From Phallusia mammillata (Eukaryota): DNA of 64,000 nt. Position numbers and translations under genes: made by a program. Shown piece by piece: positions 34,690-47,800 of the stretch (positions are counted from its first letter, which is position 1; each line of letters starts with the position of its first letter). The stretch covers positions 5,952,001 to 6,016,000 of the forward strand of contig OZ281498.1 in NCBI GenBank assembly GCA_965637545.1. Direction: 5' to 3'. Below the pieces are notes generated by a model. It made no database searches. It saw only the letters and a list, made by a program, of their open reading frames with translations, and was not told where the DNA came from.

Positions 34690-35888
34690 ATTTCTATTTG
34701 TTGTCTACCTGCAGCCATCAGCTAAATACTGCCATGTGCAATGTTTGATCGGATATGCTTTAGTGCAAGTGAAGAAAAGGTTCTGTGGTGTCGAAACTGT
34801 GCAGCATGTGTACAATGCAAACTTCTCAGCACCGAATGCTGTGGCAATAAATAAATCATATGTTGAGTTTGGTCAATATCTATTCTAGTTCGATGGTTCT
34901 TGACCGATGGGTAATTACTGCTAAATGGATAATTTTACACTCTGCATCTGCAATTACAGTATCATTTTTTAGTTCCATCATGGCATCCTTAAATATGGCG
35001 GTATAGTTGACCATTTTCTTTTTTTAAGAGGGTTATATAGGATCCAGGTGGTTGTTCTCGGTACTAACAATAATAAAAATAGCCACTGATCCAGCTCAAT
35101 AATCTTTATTTGTAATAAACAAGATTTTCAAACGACATGTTAATGGTGTGTAGTCAAATTTGAAATAAGTAAAGCCTAAAACCAAGAGCATAGGATATTA
35201 ATGTAAGCAACAGAATTTATTTGCAGCAAAACATTAAACTTGTTCAACATTGTATGCTCTACTGCGCCATCAAGTGCAGGTTTTCGCACGGAAACTGAAA
35301 ATCAATTGTTTGGTGACAAGAAACTACACACAATTAGTCACTGTGTTTTTAAGCCCAGTGTTTGTGGTGTAGCATTTTTGGCAGCTAGCTATGCAGATCA
35401 AGTGTACCTGCCTGTCCTGCTTCTGATAATGGCTGTAGTCTCTAATTTATTGACAAACAAAAAGTAGATCGGCATTTAAAAGTAATACAGTGATCGCAAA
35501 ATACAAACAAACAAATGAACAATACGATGAAGAGCAAAATGCGGTATTCGGTTTAAAATGCTTTAAACACGTATTTCAAAGCGATTTAGAATGGAATGAT
35601 ACACAAAAAACAGCATCAGCGTAATTTTAATGTCTCACCGATAAAGCAGTACGCGAAAATGTGCAGACAATTTTCTATGGAACTCTATGGGGTTTCGTGT
35701 TAGGCCTCATCACTGGTTCGTGAAATGAACAAGTTTGCTGGCCGTACCGCAGCAACAGTAACAGTGAGCGGCACATAACACGCGCAAAATTATCAAAGGG
35801 TTTCGGAGTCTGGAAGGACCCAGGATCTTCCGAATAGCAAGTGCAATTGTCTCAAACAAAGCGCAGTGGCAACACGCAAGCACACGTT

Positions 35889-38800
35889 CTAGTCTGATGA
35901 CTCGTCGCCACTTTCCATTGACGACTTGTCTTGTTGTGGTTCGTTCTTTTCGTCAACAACGTTCTGGCCAAGACTAGAAACGTCGGCACTTGTTAGGTCT
36001 TCGCCTTTACTGCCCTTTTTCAAAGCGTACATCCACCGGTCCAAGACTACTCGCTCGGCGCTGGCTAAGTAAAGGACTTTTCTGGCTTGCGACAACTTAA
36101 AGCAGTGTTTGTGGTCGTTGTTTTGTATTTCCATAACCTCGTAGCCAGGAAGGGGCAAAGTCATCTGCGCGCGAACGTCCTATAATAAATTAAAAATAAC
36201 TATTAGGCTAAGTTCCATACGTTTTCCGCGTTTGTGAATGGAATACAATTGCTACCTGATGTGCACCGTAAAAGTACAGGCAAAGTTCGTCATTGGGAAT
36301 CACACACCAGGTTTTGACCCAAGACTTTTTCTTCAGGGTCTCGGAGAAAAATAAATAGTTGGCAATCACGCTGTTTGTCGAGACTGCATCAGCTTCAACC
36401 TTTATACACAGAACAACAATAAATATTGCCTCCAATTCAAACTATGGTATTTGCTCTTCATTTGTTGCGTAGATTTTAATGAATTATATTATCTATTGAA
36501 GTGAGGATGTAGAGAGTAGAGTAGTTAAGAGTAGTGATAGATAATTACCTCAAGTACTCCTCTTTTCTCACCATCCACAGCGTCCGAATGTTGTTTACCG
36601 GTGAGTTTGTTAAAGCACGTGATGCACACCTTTTGTCCCTTGTCGGGCTCGTATTGTAGTGTAAGCTTATGTTCCGAACACTCAGAACATACAACCTTCA
36701 TTAAAAAAAAGATTGAGAAATTCGTTCCACTTTAGACCAAAGCTATCTGCATTAAGTGATATATACATACCCTTCCGCAGGCTCTGCAATGATGTCGCCT
36801 CCTTAGAAGTTTGTTGAAGGGTTTTTGGCAGCACATACACATCGTGACTTCGTGATCTTTGATCCAACGTGGCGCGCGCAAGCCCAAGTCCACATCGTCA
36901 ATTAAAAGTTGTTCGTTGCCGCCAGCATGGTGAAGTGGACTTGCCTCGGCTTGACCGTTCTGTGGTGGCGATAGGGTGTCTTCAGTCGAACTATTCTCCA
37001 TGGGTGAACGGACGCTCGGGTGTTTCATAAACGTTGATTTTCTCTCTACATACTCGTTGACCGCGCCCTTAATTGCCTCCACCCAAGTATCCTTTTCTTC
37101 TGGTGTCCTATGACATAATGTTTCGTTTAATAATGGGACCTTTCGCTTAGCATGCTAAGATGAATATATACATACTGGGATCAGCCCTGAAGCGCAAATT
37201 CAGACCAGCGATCACGGCATATTTAAGCATGTGGATTTTTCTGTGGTATACTTACGTTGTAGCGAATTCCATGGACTTTTGAAGGCCGTTGACGCAAAAG
37301 GTGTTCTGAGCTGTTGGATTTTTAGCATCAACCACTTGCATACCTTCGAGATCTATTTTGGCTGTGATCTTGTAAGATTTGCCTTGCAGTCGGTTCAAAG
37401 GTGTGCAGCACAATAACATGTCACTGAACTGAACAACAAAATACAACATGTTATTTAGGTAATTGCGACATGAAAAAATAAAATGTCCACAGAAAAGTAG
37501 TACTTTTAAGCTATTTGCCACAAACGAACAACTCTTAGGAAAACATTAATATTTAAGTTATACAGTGTTATTGTTCTGTAGGGGGATTGTTTGCCGAACT
37601 ACTAATTTGATTCACAAACTGGATTGGCTTCAGTCGTTTCGTACCAAATAGAGGTAACGTTCGTATTTCTCCCCATTCCTAGCAGATATTTTGATGATTT
37701 TTCCTTCCTTGATCAGTTCACGCGACACATCAACAATGTCAAAGTTGACGTCAGCAAGTCGGTTGAAAACGTTGACCAGCTTGTGGAATTTGTCCTAAAA
37801 CACAAGGAGAGGTTAAGCACACAAAACAGGCCAATAACTGCGTCACTTTTCTCCTGTTTCAAGAGCCAAGTACCAATACACGACTGATACCCCAAACTTT
37901 TCGAACGTGCTGAACTTATGCAGTGACAAAGGTTAACTATGCTGCCTCATTAAGTATTAACAATCAACATTCCAGTAGCCTAATTGAACACGCGATTATG
38001 TAAACAATGCATGACTAACTAACACAAATTAAAATACACATTATCATGTTAAAACGTAAACGTACAATATTTTATGTGTTAGCATCCAACTGAAATCGTT
38101 TGTTTGTTTAAAACAAGGCATACAGAACTGTTACAATGGCTTTGCTTTAGCTCTACAACAGGCACGAAGCGTGTTTGCGTCTGGTCACCACAAACGGAAA
38201 AAAATTGCGTAGGTTCATATCGTAAATTTTTCCTTTTTTCGCTAGATCCTTCTACAAGGTCAAACGGGAGTGATGATGGGCTAATCATGCCTTTGCATGA
38301 GATGTGTCAACCCAACCATCTTGTTACGCATATGGCACACAGCACCCTCTGACCCTATTCTCGCTTTTAATCAACAAATATTGAAGGTAATTAGCCTTAG
38401 ACCCCGAAAACAATAGTGTTGCATATGGTCGGTTGCCTTTCAGGCGTCTATTATGACGTAACAAAACTATTCGAAGTTTTTACATTTCTGAAAAGTGGAT
38501 TTTACCACAAGAGAGCAAATTTAGACCAAACTCGGAAGTTAAGGGTGGAAGGTTTTGGCGGATTTAAAAAAAAAATTGACGAGATATAAAGCAATTATTT
38601 GGTGATTCAAATCGCTTTTTGTCTGATTTAATTCATTTTAAACCGTGATCTTTAGTGTACTGGTTAACTGTTAGCCTAAGTAGGGTGTTTTTCTTGACGA
38701 AGTTTTACTTACTATTTTTTTCATCGTTTCGTTGGAGTGCGTTGCTGCTACGGAAATAAGCTGCAAGGCAGTTTGGGCGACCGGTCGTTCTTCAGCGTCC

Positions 38801-41800
38801 TGTGGCAGACGTTTCAAGTAATCCTCCAGCAACATTTTGTAGCGTGGAACCCGTTGAACAGGCCCGAGCATGTGGTGCTGAAAACACATTCAAAACCGTT
38901 AGACATTTGCGTGCAGGCATTTAATTACACACATCGGTCGCACTTTTACCTGCAGTGTTAGAAAATTACATTCCGGCAGTTTTTGTATGGACTTTATAAT
39001 GGCATCAAAGTCCCGGGATTTTTCCGTCCATGTTTTAATGGTGTTCATGGCTTCATCAAAGTGCTGCACGTAAAGGCTGTACATCTTAAGGAAGGGCGCT
39101 GCCTGTGCCATGATATCACCGATCTTAGGGTTGGTTTCCCTGCAGGATGAACATCATGGATTTACGATCAATCATTGAAAAGTTGGTGTCGTTCCGTGAC
39201 AAATGCCACAAGTTTAAGTCCCTCAATTAACCTGTTCAATTACAGGCCCAAGCCGCGCTTTGAATCAGTACTGTACATTAGCGGCTGGCGCTTCAAGGTC
39301 GATACCGTCTGGTTTACTATCAACATTACCAACACCACGACTATCATTATAACAGGCGCGCCGAACGCTAAGCGCTCGAATTTCGAACATTACTTCAGGT
39401 GTCGGGGACAGCACATTATGACATAACTCTTTCACTTAACGTACCACTGCTGAAGTCGTTCGCGCAGCTGCGGCAGGAGAAAGTTGCTGTGAAACTGGTA
39501 AATAGCGGGAATGTGGCAAAATATATTGTTGACCATTCCTTCGGGCATGATGTGTTTCTGTACAGCCGCCTCCATAATGCGTTTGTGGAAGACCTGGAAA
39601 AATGTTAAAAGCACTTTGCACGGGAATCCGGAAGCACGAAAAATCGTTACCAAATTGTGTGTGACTTAAACATTGCATACCTGATCGATGAGATGAAGAA
39701 CAGCCACGTATGACTCTTCAGTACTTAGAAGCTCTTTGGCAATGTTGTGTAGTTTGACTTCGTTTGGTTCTTTGAGCTGCAAACATAACAAATATTTCAG
39801 TGAATAAATTGTTGTTGCCTGGCATAATTTACAAACATTCGTCAAACATAATTGCCGGCTGACCAAAAGGACAGAAATATATCAATGTTTGTCTAAAGCC
39901 AGCTATTGCCGTTTTAAACAACTGCATAGAATATGCGTTTTTAGGTAACTCTCAAACACTTACCGATGGGCTTGGGGATGCGGGCAGAGCTTTGTTGGGC
40001 GTTCCCGCATAGCTATCATTGTCCCCTTCATCACTGTTGTCAAAATCACTCCAACTATCAGCACTTGGGCCATGATGCAGGCTATTGGGTCGAGACGGAA
40101 CCTCAAGCGAGTCTCGAATGCTGGAGACAGCCGAGTCAGATGAATCGGTCTGGTTTTTGAGTGGTTTGAGTGGTGGTACTGGGGGCGCTTCGCTATCGTT
40201 GACTTCCTGGGCAATTTTATCGTATTCTTCCAAAGGATTGAACTCGCCCGACAGCGACGTAATTCCACTGTACGTTCCAATCGAATCGGTAGAAGTCTCC
40301 GACGGTGCGTCACTTTGTGGTCTCGGTTTCGGTGGCACTTTGGGTAGCGCTGGTCTGCCGTTCTGTTTAGGTCCTGTGTTTCGCGTATCATCTAGCGTCT
40401 TCCGGTCATTGCCTGGACTCGGTAAAGGCTTTCGTTTTAGGTCAAAATCACCTTCAGTTCTCGAACGCTCACGCCGGAGCAATTTAAGCGTCGTTGGCCG
40501 AGGAGTGTCATCGTCGTCTTCTTTGATTTCCTCCGACGACGAAGAGTTGCCAGGTATTGGTGTGTGCGCAGGAGTGTTCGGTGCACTCACGCTGTTCAGG
40601 GCCGTTACTCGTTTTAACTCGATAAGCTTATGAAGCGAACTCGTTCGGCGTCTGCCCTTCTCGCTGATAGACTCAGTCACTGGAAAGTTGTCTTCAATAA
40701 GCTTCTCGTCGCCCGGTGATTCCATGCCGAATATTGTTGCCTCTGTTGTTTGCACCACCAATGGTGATTGCTTTGACGAGAATGAACCTTGAGGGGTTAT
40801 CTGATTCTCTTTGGAAGACGAACGCCTCACAGCATTGTTGAGGAACGAGCCACGGCGTCTGGTTTCCTCATCATCTGTTGAGGAGTCGCAGGATCCTCGC
40901 TTCTTCATTCGTTTTTCGCGGGCGCGATCAGCGTTGTTCCTCAGCTTGTCCATCAGCTCTTTCTCATCGGATTGAGCCTTATCCTGACACGGTGCAACCT
41001 CGTCGTAGATGTGTGTGGCATCCGTGGACTGCTTGCTGGAGATGGACGCCTGGTCAAACGACTCGTCGGACCATGAACGACGGTGGCGTTGGAAGGCTGG
41101 TGAACTGCTTCTTGGTTGCCTGCAAAAGCATCTTGGTTGATACAAATCCTTCTAACCAATTTGCAAATTTACATGTACATTTGAGTCCCCTATTGGTTAC
41201 AGTATAAGGCAGTGGTATACTTTTTCAGGTAAAATGCTGTGCCCTTGTACCCCGGGGATGATCAACTAATTTAAGCGTTTTTATTGCTAAATATTTGTAG
41301 TTTTTAAAGGCCGGTCCGCGAGAAAACTTCAAATACGGTCCGCAGTGCAAAAAAGGTTGCCAACCACTGGTATATATAAGGTAACATTGGAACTGGTATG
41401 TTAAAACTTAAATTGAAAGTTCTAGTGGGGTTGTTTTTGTTTTTATGAACCTGTCCCAGTTCGTGCACGAAATGTACTTGACATACCGCGAACCGAGCAG
41501 CATAAAAACTTCTCCGCGTGGGAGTTTGCTCGCAACCGCAGACACAAATTGCTGGCTGCGAGTTTAATTATAGAAGTCTTCAATTGTCCATGCGGCAGAT
41601 TTAGCACGACCAACTTATTGACGTGGCAGTTCGGTAGCTTCACTGACAGAAAAATACGCCGGGAATGCCTTGTTCTCCACTTAACCGTGTTTCAGCTGTT
41701 TTCACACGAAAATAGCTGTTTAAAATGGGTGCGCCCGCGTTCTTACAGCTTGTAGTAGTTATCAGGTGCGAACAATTGCGATGTGTTTGCATCGGACAAT

Positions 41801-44800
41801 ACTCGTTACATATTTCCCCACTCTCTAGCCTTGCAGCTGAATATGTCGCCCCCAAATATTATGAACAGCTTGCCGGTGACCATCGTAACTTGCGCGGATT
41901 GTACACAAACCAATAAGCAATGAGGAAGTTGTTGCTTGGAAGAGAAGCAATTTCGTACACGGTCATCAAGAGGCCAAGGGCTTTCAGTCATTAGCATTAA
42001 CATAGCAAAATATGTCAGATATTATTTAAATAAAAGTGTAATACTCTGTTTAATATCTAATCATTATACACGGCAGGGTTCTTTGCTAGTATGCTCTGGT
42101 ACTGTTTTTGTACCTATTATACGTTTGCAATGGGTCTATAAACAACACGTGGAATTTTACCTGCATGAACCACCAACGCACAAAATATTGCAACCGTCGC
42201 TGGTCTTCTTAAAAAACTCTTGTACGATCGAGAAACATGAGGCCTTTGAAGGCTTTTTTGAGCGCTTTTTTTTGTGCTCTCGCCATTTGCGCCTGCGTAA
42301 TTTCCTTTCGTCCGTTTCGGGAACAAACAACGGCACCTCCGTCAAATCACAAGTCATGCTTAATTATATTAACTAATCAGGCACAACTAGTGTTTTTCTA
42401 CTGCTTCAGCCAACAATCTGTGTGCATAACAACAATACAATATCAGCACAAAACCAAAATGCGTTTCTTCCTATCCCATACCTTTCTCAAATATATGCAT
42501 TTCCTAAACTCTATGCGTTTCGAATCTCTCAACGAAATCTCATCAGCATGTATCACAGCGAACGGGCATAATTTCTCGCTAATTGATTCAAATTATACAA
42601 GAGCCACTTACGATCTAAACAACACGACTCATCTCGGTAACTGCGTCGCTCTATCGACTGTCAAAACACCAAATACCAGCAACAACATATTCACTCTCTA
42701 CCTGTCAAATAACTGGATTCTAACAGCAGTATACCTCGTAAAAACGACAGATGACCACATGCATCTCTACTCAAAACAGCTGGCGCCACGATCGCATTTC
42801 TTGCCGGTGTTGTTGTGATTTTGGGTCTGGCGACTGCAAACTTTTTCGCGTTCCCGCATGGTGCCTATTCACGGTCAACAACTTTCGCTCGATTGGCAAT
42901 TCGCTCGAAAAAGAAAACGGCGGATGCAACTCAGTTGAATGTCTGATGGGCCGTCTCGATAGTCCTGTTGACGCACTGTTATGCATACTTTTCTTTGACA
43001 AAACAACTGATCTTGTTCCGTGACCTCTGGCTGCTTCTAAAGGTTTGTCTATAACAAAAACTCAGTGTCGAAAATTCTCTATAGTACCATTACCACAACT
43101 CTGATACTTTGATTTGTAAGACTGGAAAAATAATACACAGCTGATATCACTGGTAAAACAAAGCACTGAGCTCGCTAATTCTTCCCTATGCAAACAAGAT
43201 CTTGAAACAACCGACCTGCACTGGTCGGCCCAGTAAAACCGACAGCCCGCGGCCAACAAAGATCGTTTCGGGCGTTTGAGTGTTAATTGGCTGTTTCTCG
43301 CGTTCGTCGTTAAGTTGTAATTTTACAAAGATTTACTCAGTTCGGCGCTGCCAATATTTACTGTCGTCTTGTCTAAGCTGTTCGAACAAATATTTTTTTA
43401 GTCGAATTAAACAGAATTATTGGCGGTTTTGAGAACAGACACCACTGACAGAGACATAATCCAATTTCCGGATAACCCGTAGGTTTAATCTTTGCTTTGT
43501 TTCGTTAACTGTAAACGGCTTTTCTGTTTGCGTGACCTGCTGACGCCAACTGATCTATGACCACAGCAAAGTGAGCAACGCTTTGGTGCTAAGCTTATCG
43601 GGGCCCACTCAGCACTGGAGAAAAGATATGCTATCGTGCTAAATCAAAGTCCAGAATAGACCTTCCAATCCACTTAGCATGTAGGCTTCGCGCTCTTGGA
43701 TACTCCACAGGGCTGTGGTATTGGCTAAAATGACAAAATCAGGCCTCCGCACAGGTTTAAAAACCAATTATCGCTTGATCGTTGAAGAGCAAACAGTCAC
43801 CTTTTTTGTCTGTATGTAACGCAAAACTGTAAACAGTGGGATATTGTTCTAAATTTCGGCCTGATAAGAACACTGTTTATTTGTGCAATAATCCTCATTG
43901 CTAAACAGCAGACGCCCTGATCTTAGCGGAAAAATCCGTACTGTCGGCGCCGGTCTTTATCTCATCGAAGAGTAAAGTAATTAGCTTTTTGAGTTCGTCA
44001 CTAGCTGGTTAACGCAATATGAACTAACTGTGAAGGGCTCTTGACGTGTCGCTAACTGGCGAAACATGGCACTGTCACATGAAACCCCGCGATCGAAAGG
44101 ATCAGATCATTCCTCGGAATTTCGATTTTACGGCGATACTGAACACTGATGATAGGTGTCCTATTGAGATAATGACATTGTGGCAGGCAGCGTAATCGCC
44201 AAGCAGGTCTTTACGTTGCGTCTCGACGCTACATCCTTCCGTTCGCCAGAAGTCTGTGTCTCGTTTCACCCTGCACCATGCCCTATCTGACTTTTCGGCG
44301 AGCCGGCTACCCGCCAACCTTAACCTTAAAACCTAAACCACATGCATTTCTGATAAGAGTTATCTTCTAATCAATCAATCAGGCGCTTGTGGTTTTGCCT
44401 TCTGTTTGCAGTAATCATGATAAAAGCATCAATCGCCTGTCAATGTCAAACACAAGTCGCTATTTTTACACTTGGCGTTGACGTAATATAGCTACCCGTC
44501 CCCACAAGGCCCTTCCAAACCATAAGAGGATTAACGGGTCTATACTGACTAGATCATCGCATGACAAAAGCGCCGAGCAAAACGATACGCTTGACATGGT
44601 TTCAAATCTGTTGACAAACCACCAAACCCCGTTGAACTTTCAACGCCGACTCAGGAAAATCGCAAGGGCTCAAAAACTGGTTCTACGCGGAGTTCGACCG
44701 ATTTTTTTGACTCATCAACATGTTTTGATGATCTGTATGCACTGTTCCCTAATCGTCCGACCGTCGGCGCCTTGCACTTGCCCAAGGGCGACGACGTTGC

Positions 44801-47800
44801 GCAATCGTTAGTGGGGATGTGGTATGTTAATCGCGCTAATGATAATGATTGCTTAAGGGATTTGGGTTGCCCGGTTCAAACTCCATACAACTGTACGGCA
44901 CGCACGGTGTGACTTTTACCTATAAGGCCTCGCGCGCCTATGCTGTTATTTGTGGTCGATTCTGTCGACCTTTTCTAGGTTCAAGTCTAGAACTCGTGGT
45001 GGCCGACCGCGTTCGAATGCAGCGACAAGGTAAAGGAATGTCGTCTGGCGTGGGTCTGTGCAGGCGTCTTGCATGTTACGATTGGAGGTCGAGTCCAAAT
45101 ATGGTGGGAGAACCCATATACATTTCACTAACAAGCAAGTAACGCCATATGAACGTTCGAACGATGACTGAAGGGCCTGTACAGATTGCTACTCGATGGC
45201 TATACGCTACACCAGAATGACGCGATTACCGATGCGTCATCACTTCAGCGCACTGAGAAATGACAACAGGAACTAAATGGCCGTTCTTATAGTCACGTGA
45301 CAGGTTGCAACACCGATTACTTCGCGAAATACGGAAGTAGGTGTAACTTGTTCAGGTAGGTTGTAAACAGATTGAGTTGACATTTGGATGTCTACATGTT
45401 TGCGTGTGCCCGGTGTGATGTTCTTCACACTTGTGCTACTGAATCACGGTATCTTGTGTTCAATGTTTTGCTGCATAGTGGTAAATGGCAAAGCCTACAC
45501 TTAAGAGCCGGCGTTTTGTCGTGCATTTTTCTGTTACGGCATTGGAGCTCTACAACGTACTTTCAAAGTCAAAATTAAAAGTTCGACTTTGGCCCTTTGT
45601 CGCCTCACGTGGACGATTAGTGTTTGTTTAAAATTCGGAGCATTTGCTGATTAATCACCGCGTTCGGTTTCCTCATGGGAATAAATTGTTTTCTACATAG
45701 TAATTTTTAGTGCGCAATTGCAAGTGAAAATTCTGAATACTCGTTGCGTACAAAAGATTTGATCCAATTTAACAACACCTCACTAACTCAATTTCAATAC
45801 ACAAGTTAAGTCTCAAAAATGCATTTTGTAGGTGGTTGGGTTGTAAGATTTGAAACCTGTTTTGCAGTTCAAGCTTAGTGTCTCATTATCTTTAAAAAAC
45901 ATCAGCTTATCGAGACCTTACATAACCACACACAATTGTTACCCACTGTGATCTTTTAACAAGATAGTGTACGCCAGGGGTTCTTAACCAGGGGTACGTG
46001 TACCCCTTGGGGGTACGAAGCACCAAAGCAGGGGGTACGACATGCAGTGTGAAATTGTACACTATTTAGGCATATTTGTGAAGAACGCGTAACAAGTTAC
46101 TTTGTTATATGTCTTTGACTGATTGTTGGTGTGCTGTAAATATTGTTGAACTTACAAGACTTATAAGTTATAAATACACTGAGTTTAATTCCTATTATTA
46201 CAATTTTATTTACTTTCGTCGGCTATTGTAGACCATTGTAGGGGTACGAGAAAATTTCATGAAAGCTCAAAGGGTACGAGCGCTAAAAAGGTTAAGAAAC
46301 ACTGGTGTACGCACCTGGCCTGAAACTTCCCGGCTCCTCCAAACAGCATCGCTTTTTCTGAGACGCTTGTATTTGCGGTCATTGTTGTAGCTGCGGTTTC
46401 ACTTCCGGATGAAGCCGAATCTGTTGTTTCGTTGCTCGCCGCTTGTGCTCGCGTTCTCTTTACATTGGTTTTTAGTCTTGGAGGCACCGCAGGTTGAGGT
46501 TTAGGAGGAGGAGGTTTATCGCGGTTTTCTGGTGACGAAGAACTCTTGCTGCTTGCCGTGGAAGACACAGATGTAGTTCTACTTTTCGTCAGACGCGTTT
46601 TAACCTCTGCAAAGTAGAAATGGGCTTATTAGAGACACGTTGTATACATGCATCTAGGCGTAGACATAAACTTGCGCTTGCAATACTGGAAACATATTGG
46701 CATTAAGTAACTAATATTTTTGTTTGAAGAATTTTATGCGTTTTACATTGGATGCATGATCTCTGGTTAGGTGCGTATTATTATGATGCCACTTCATTGG
46801 AAAATATTCACATCATAAACAAACAAACCAAGTGTGTGGGGAGTTTAAAAAATACTCTGAAACGTGTTGTTACAAAGCCTTGGATGTTCCTGTTTACATT
46901 CGACTTACGTGACTCAATTTTAAAGAAAAACAAACATATTTTTACGTACAACATTGGTAATGCAGCCAGATATACACTTGAACAGATGACACAACGTTAT
47001 AGAGAGCCAAAACACTAGATAGTCACAGAACATTACTAATGTTATGATTCAAGTTGAGTCGTTGCTAAGTAGTCTAAGTATAAGGTTAAATAAATGACGC
47101 AATTTTATGTAGATGCCAAGACACTCACAGAATTGATCAACGTTGTGATTTAAAAGTTGTTAAGGCGCCAATATGGTTTTTGCGTTAAACTTTGTCACAC
47201 AAAACATGAACGTCCTTCCATCGACCAAGGCTGTCTATTCAACCCGACTCAACCACATTTCCGCGACACCAGTCACGTACAGTGTAACTGCGTGTTCTTG
47301 CTGTCACCACAACTTATGTACTTACGAAGCATCTCCCCTAAATCTTTGACACTTCACACCTTTCTAGTGTTTTGTGGTTATGACAGAATCCCACCCTGTC
47401 AGTTTGAGAGGCGAGGCTCAATACATAACCTAAACCGTGTCGAAATGTTGTTCCCTAATTTGTGTGTCACGTAGAAACAAGCCCTATTTCGCAGGGAAAA
47501 TAGAGGATGGGCCATAATTCTATTCTCTACTTTGAAAAGGCTAAGTACATCAAGCGAAGTAATTCCAGATCTACATTGGTTCGACTGGGAATCACGACTC
47601 TTGCAAACAAATTCTTAACGGTTTTAAACCCCTTATTCACTATATTATGTTTTCGAGTATTTTTGTTTCAGGTTTTTTTTGTTTCACTTTCGGTAAATTA
47701 AACATGAAACCTACAAAAACATCTAAAAAGTACTATAGAATCTTTTATGTCAAATCCCAACTTCCTTTAATTACTAGTTTCCCTTTCCTTTGGCCCAAAA

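Noticed and set aside
42237-43023. ORFs of 193, 90 and 76 aa in FGD intron 3
   Set aside because: No homology recognised, mostly non-ATG starts, and no phase-compatible strong donor.
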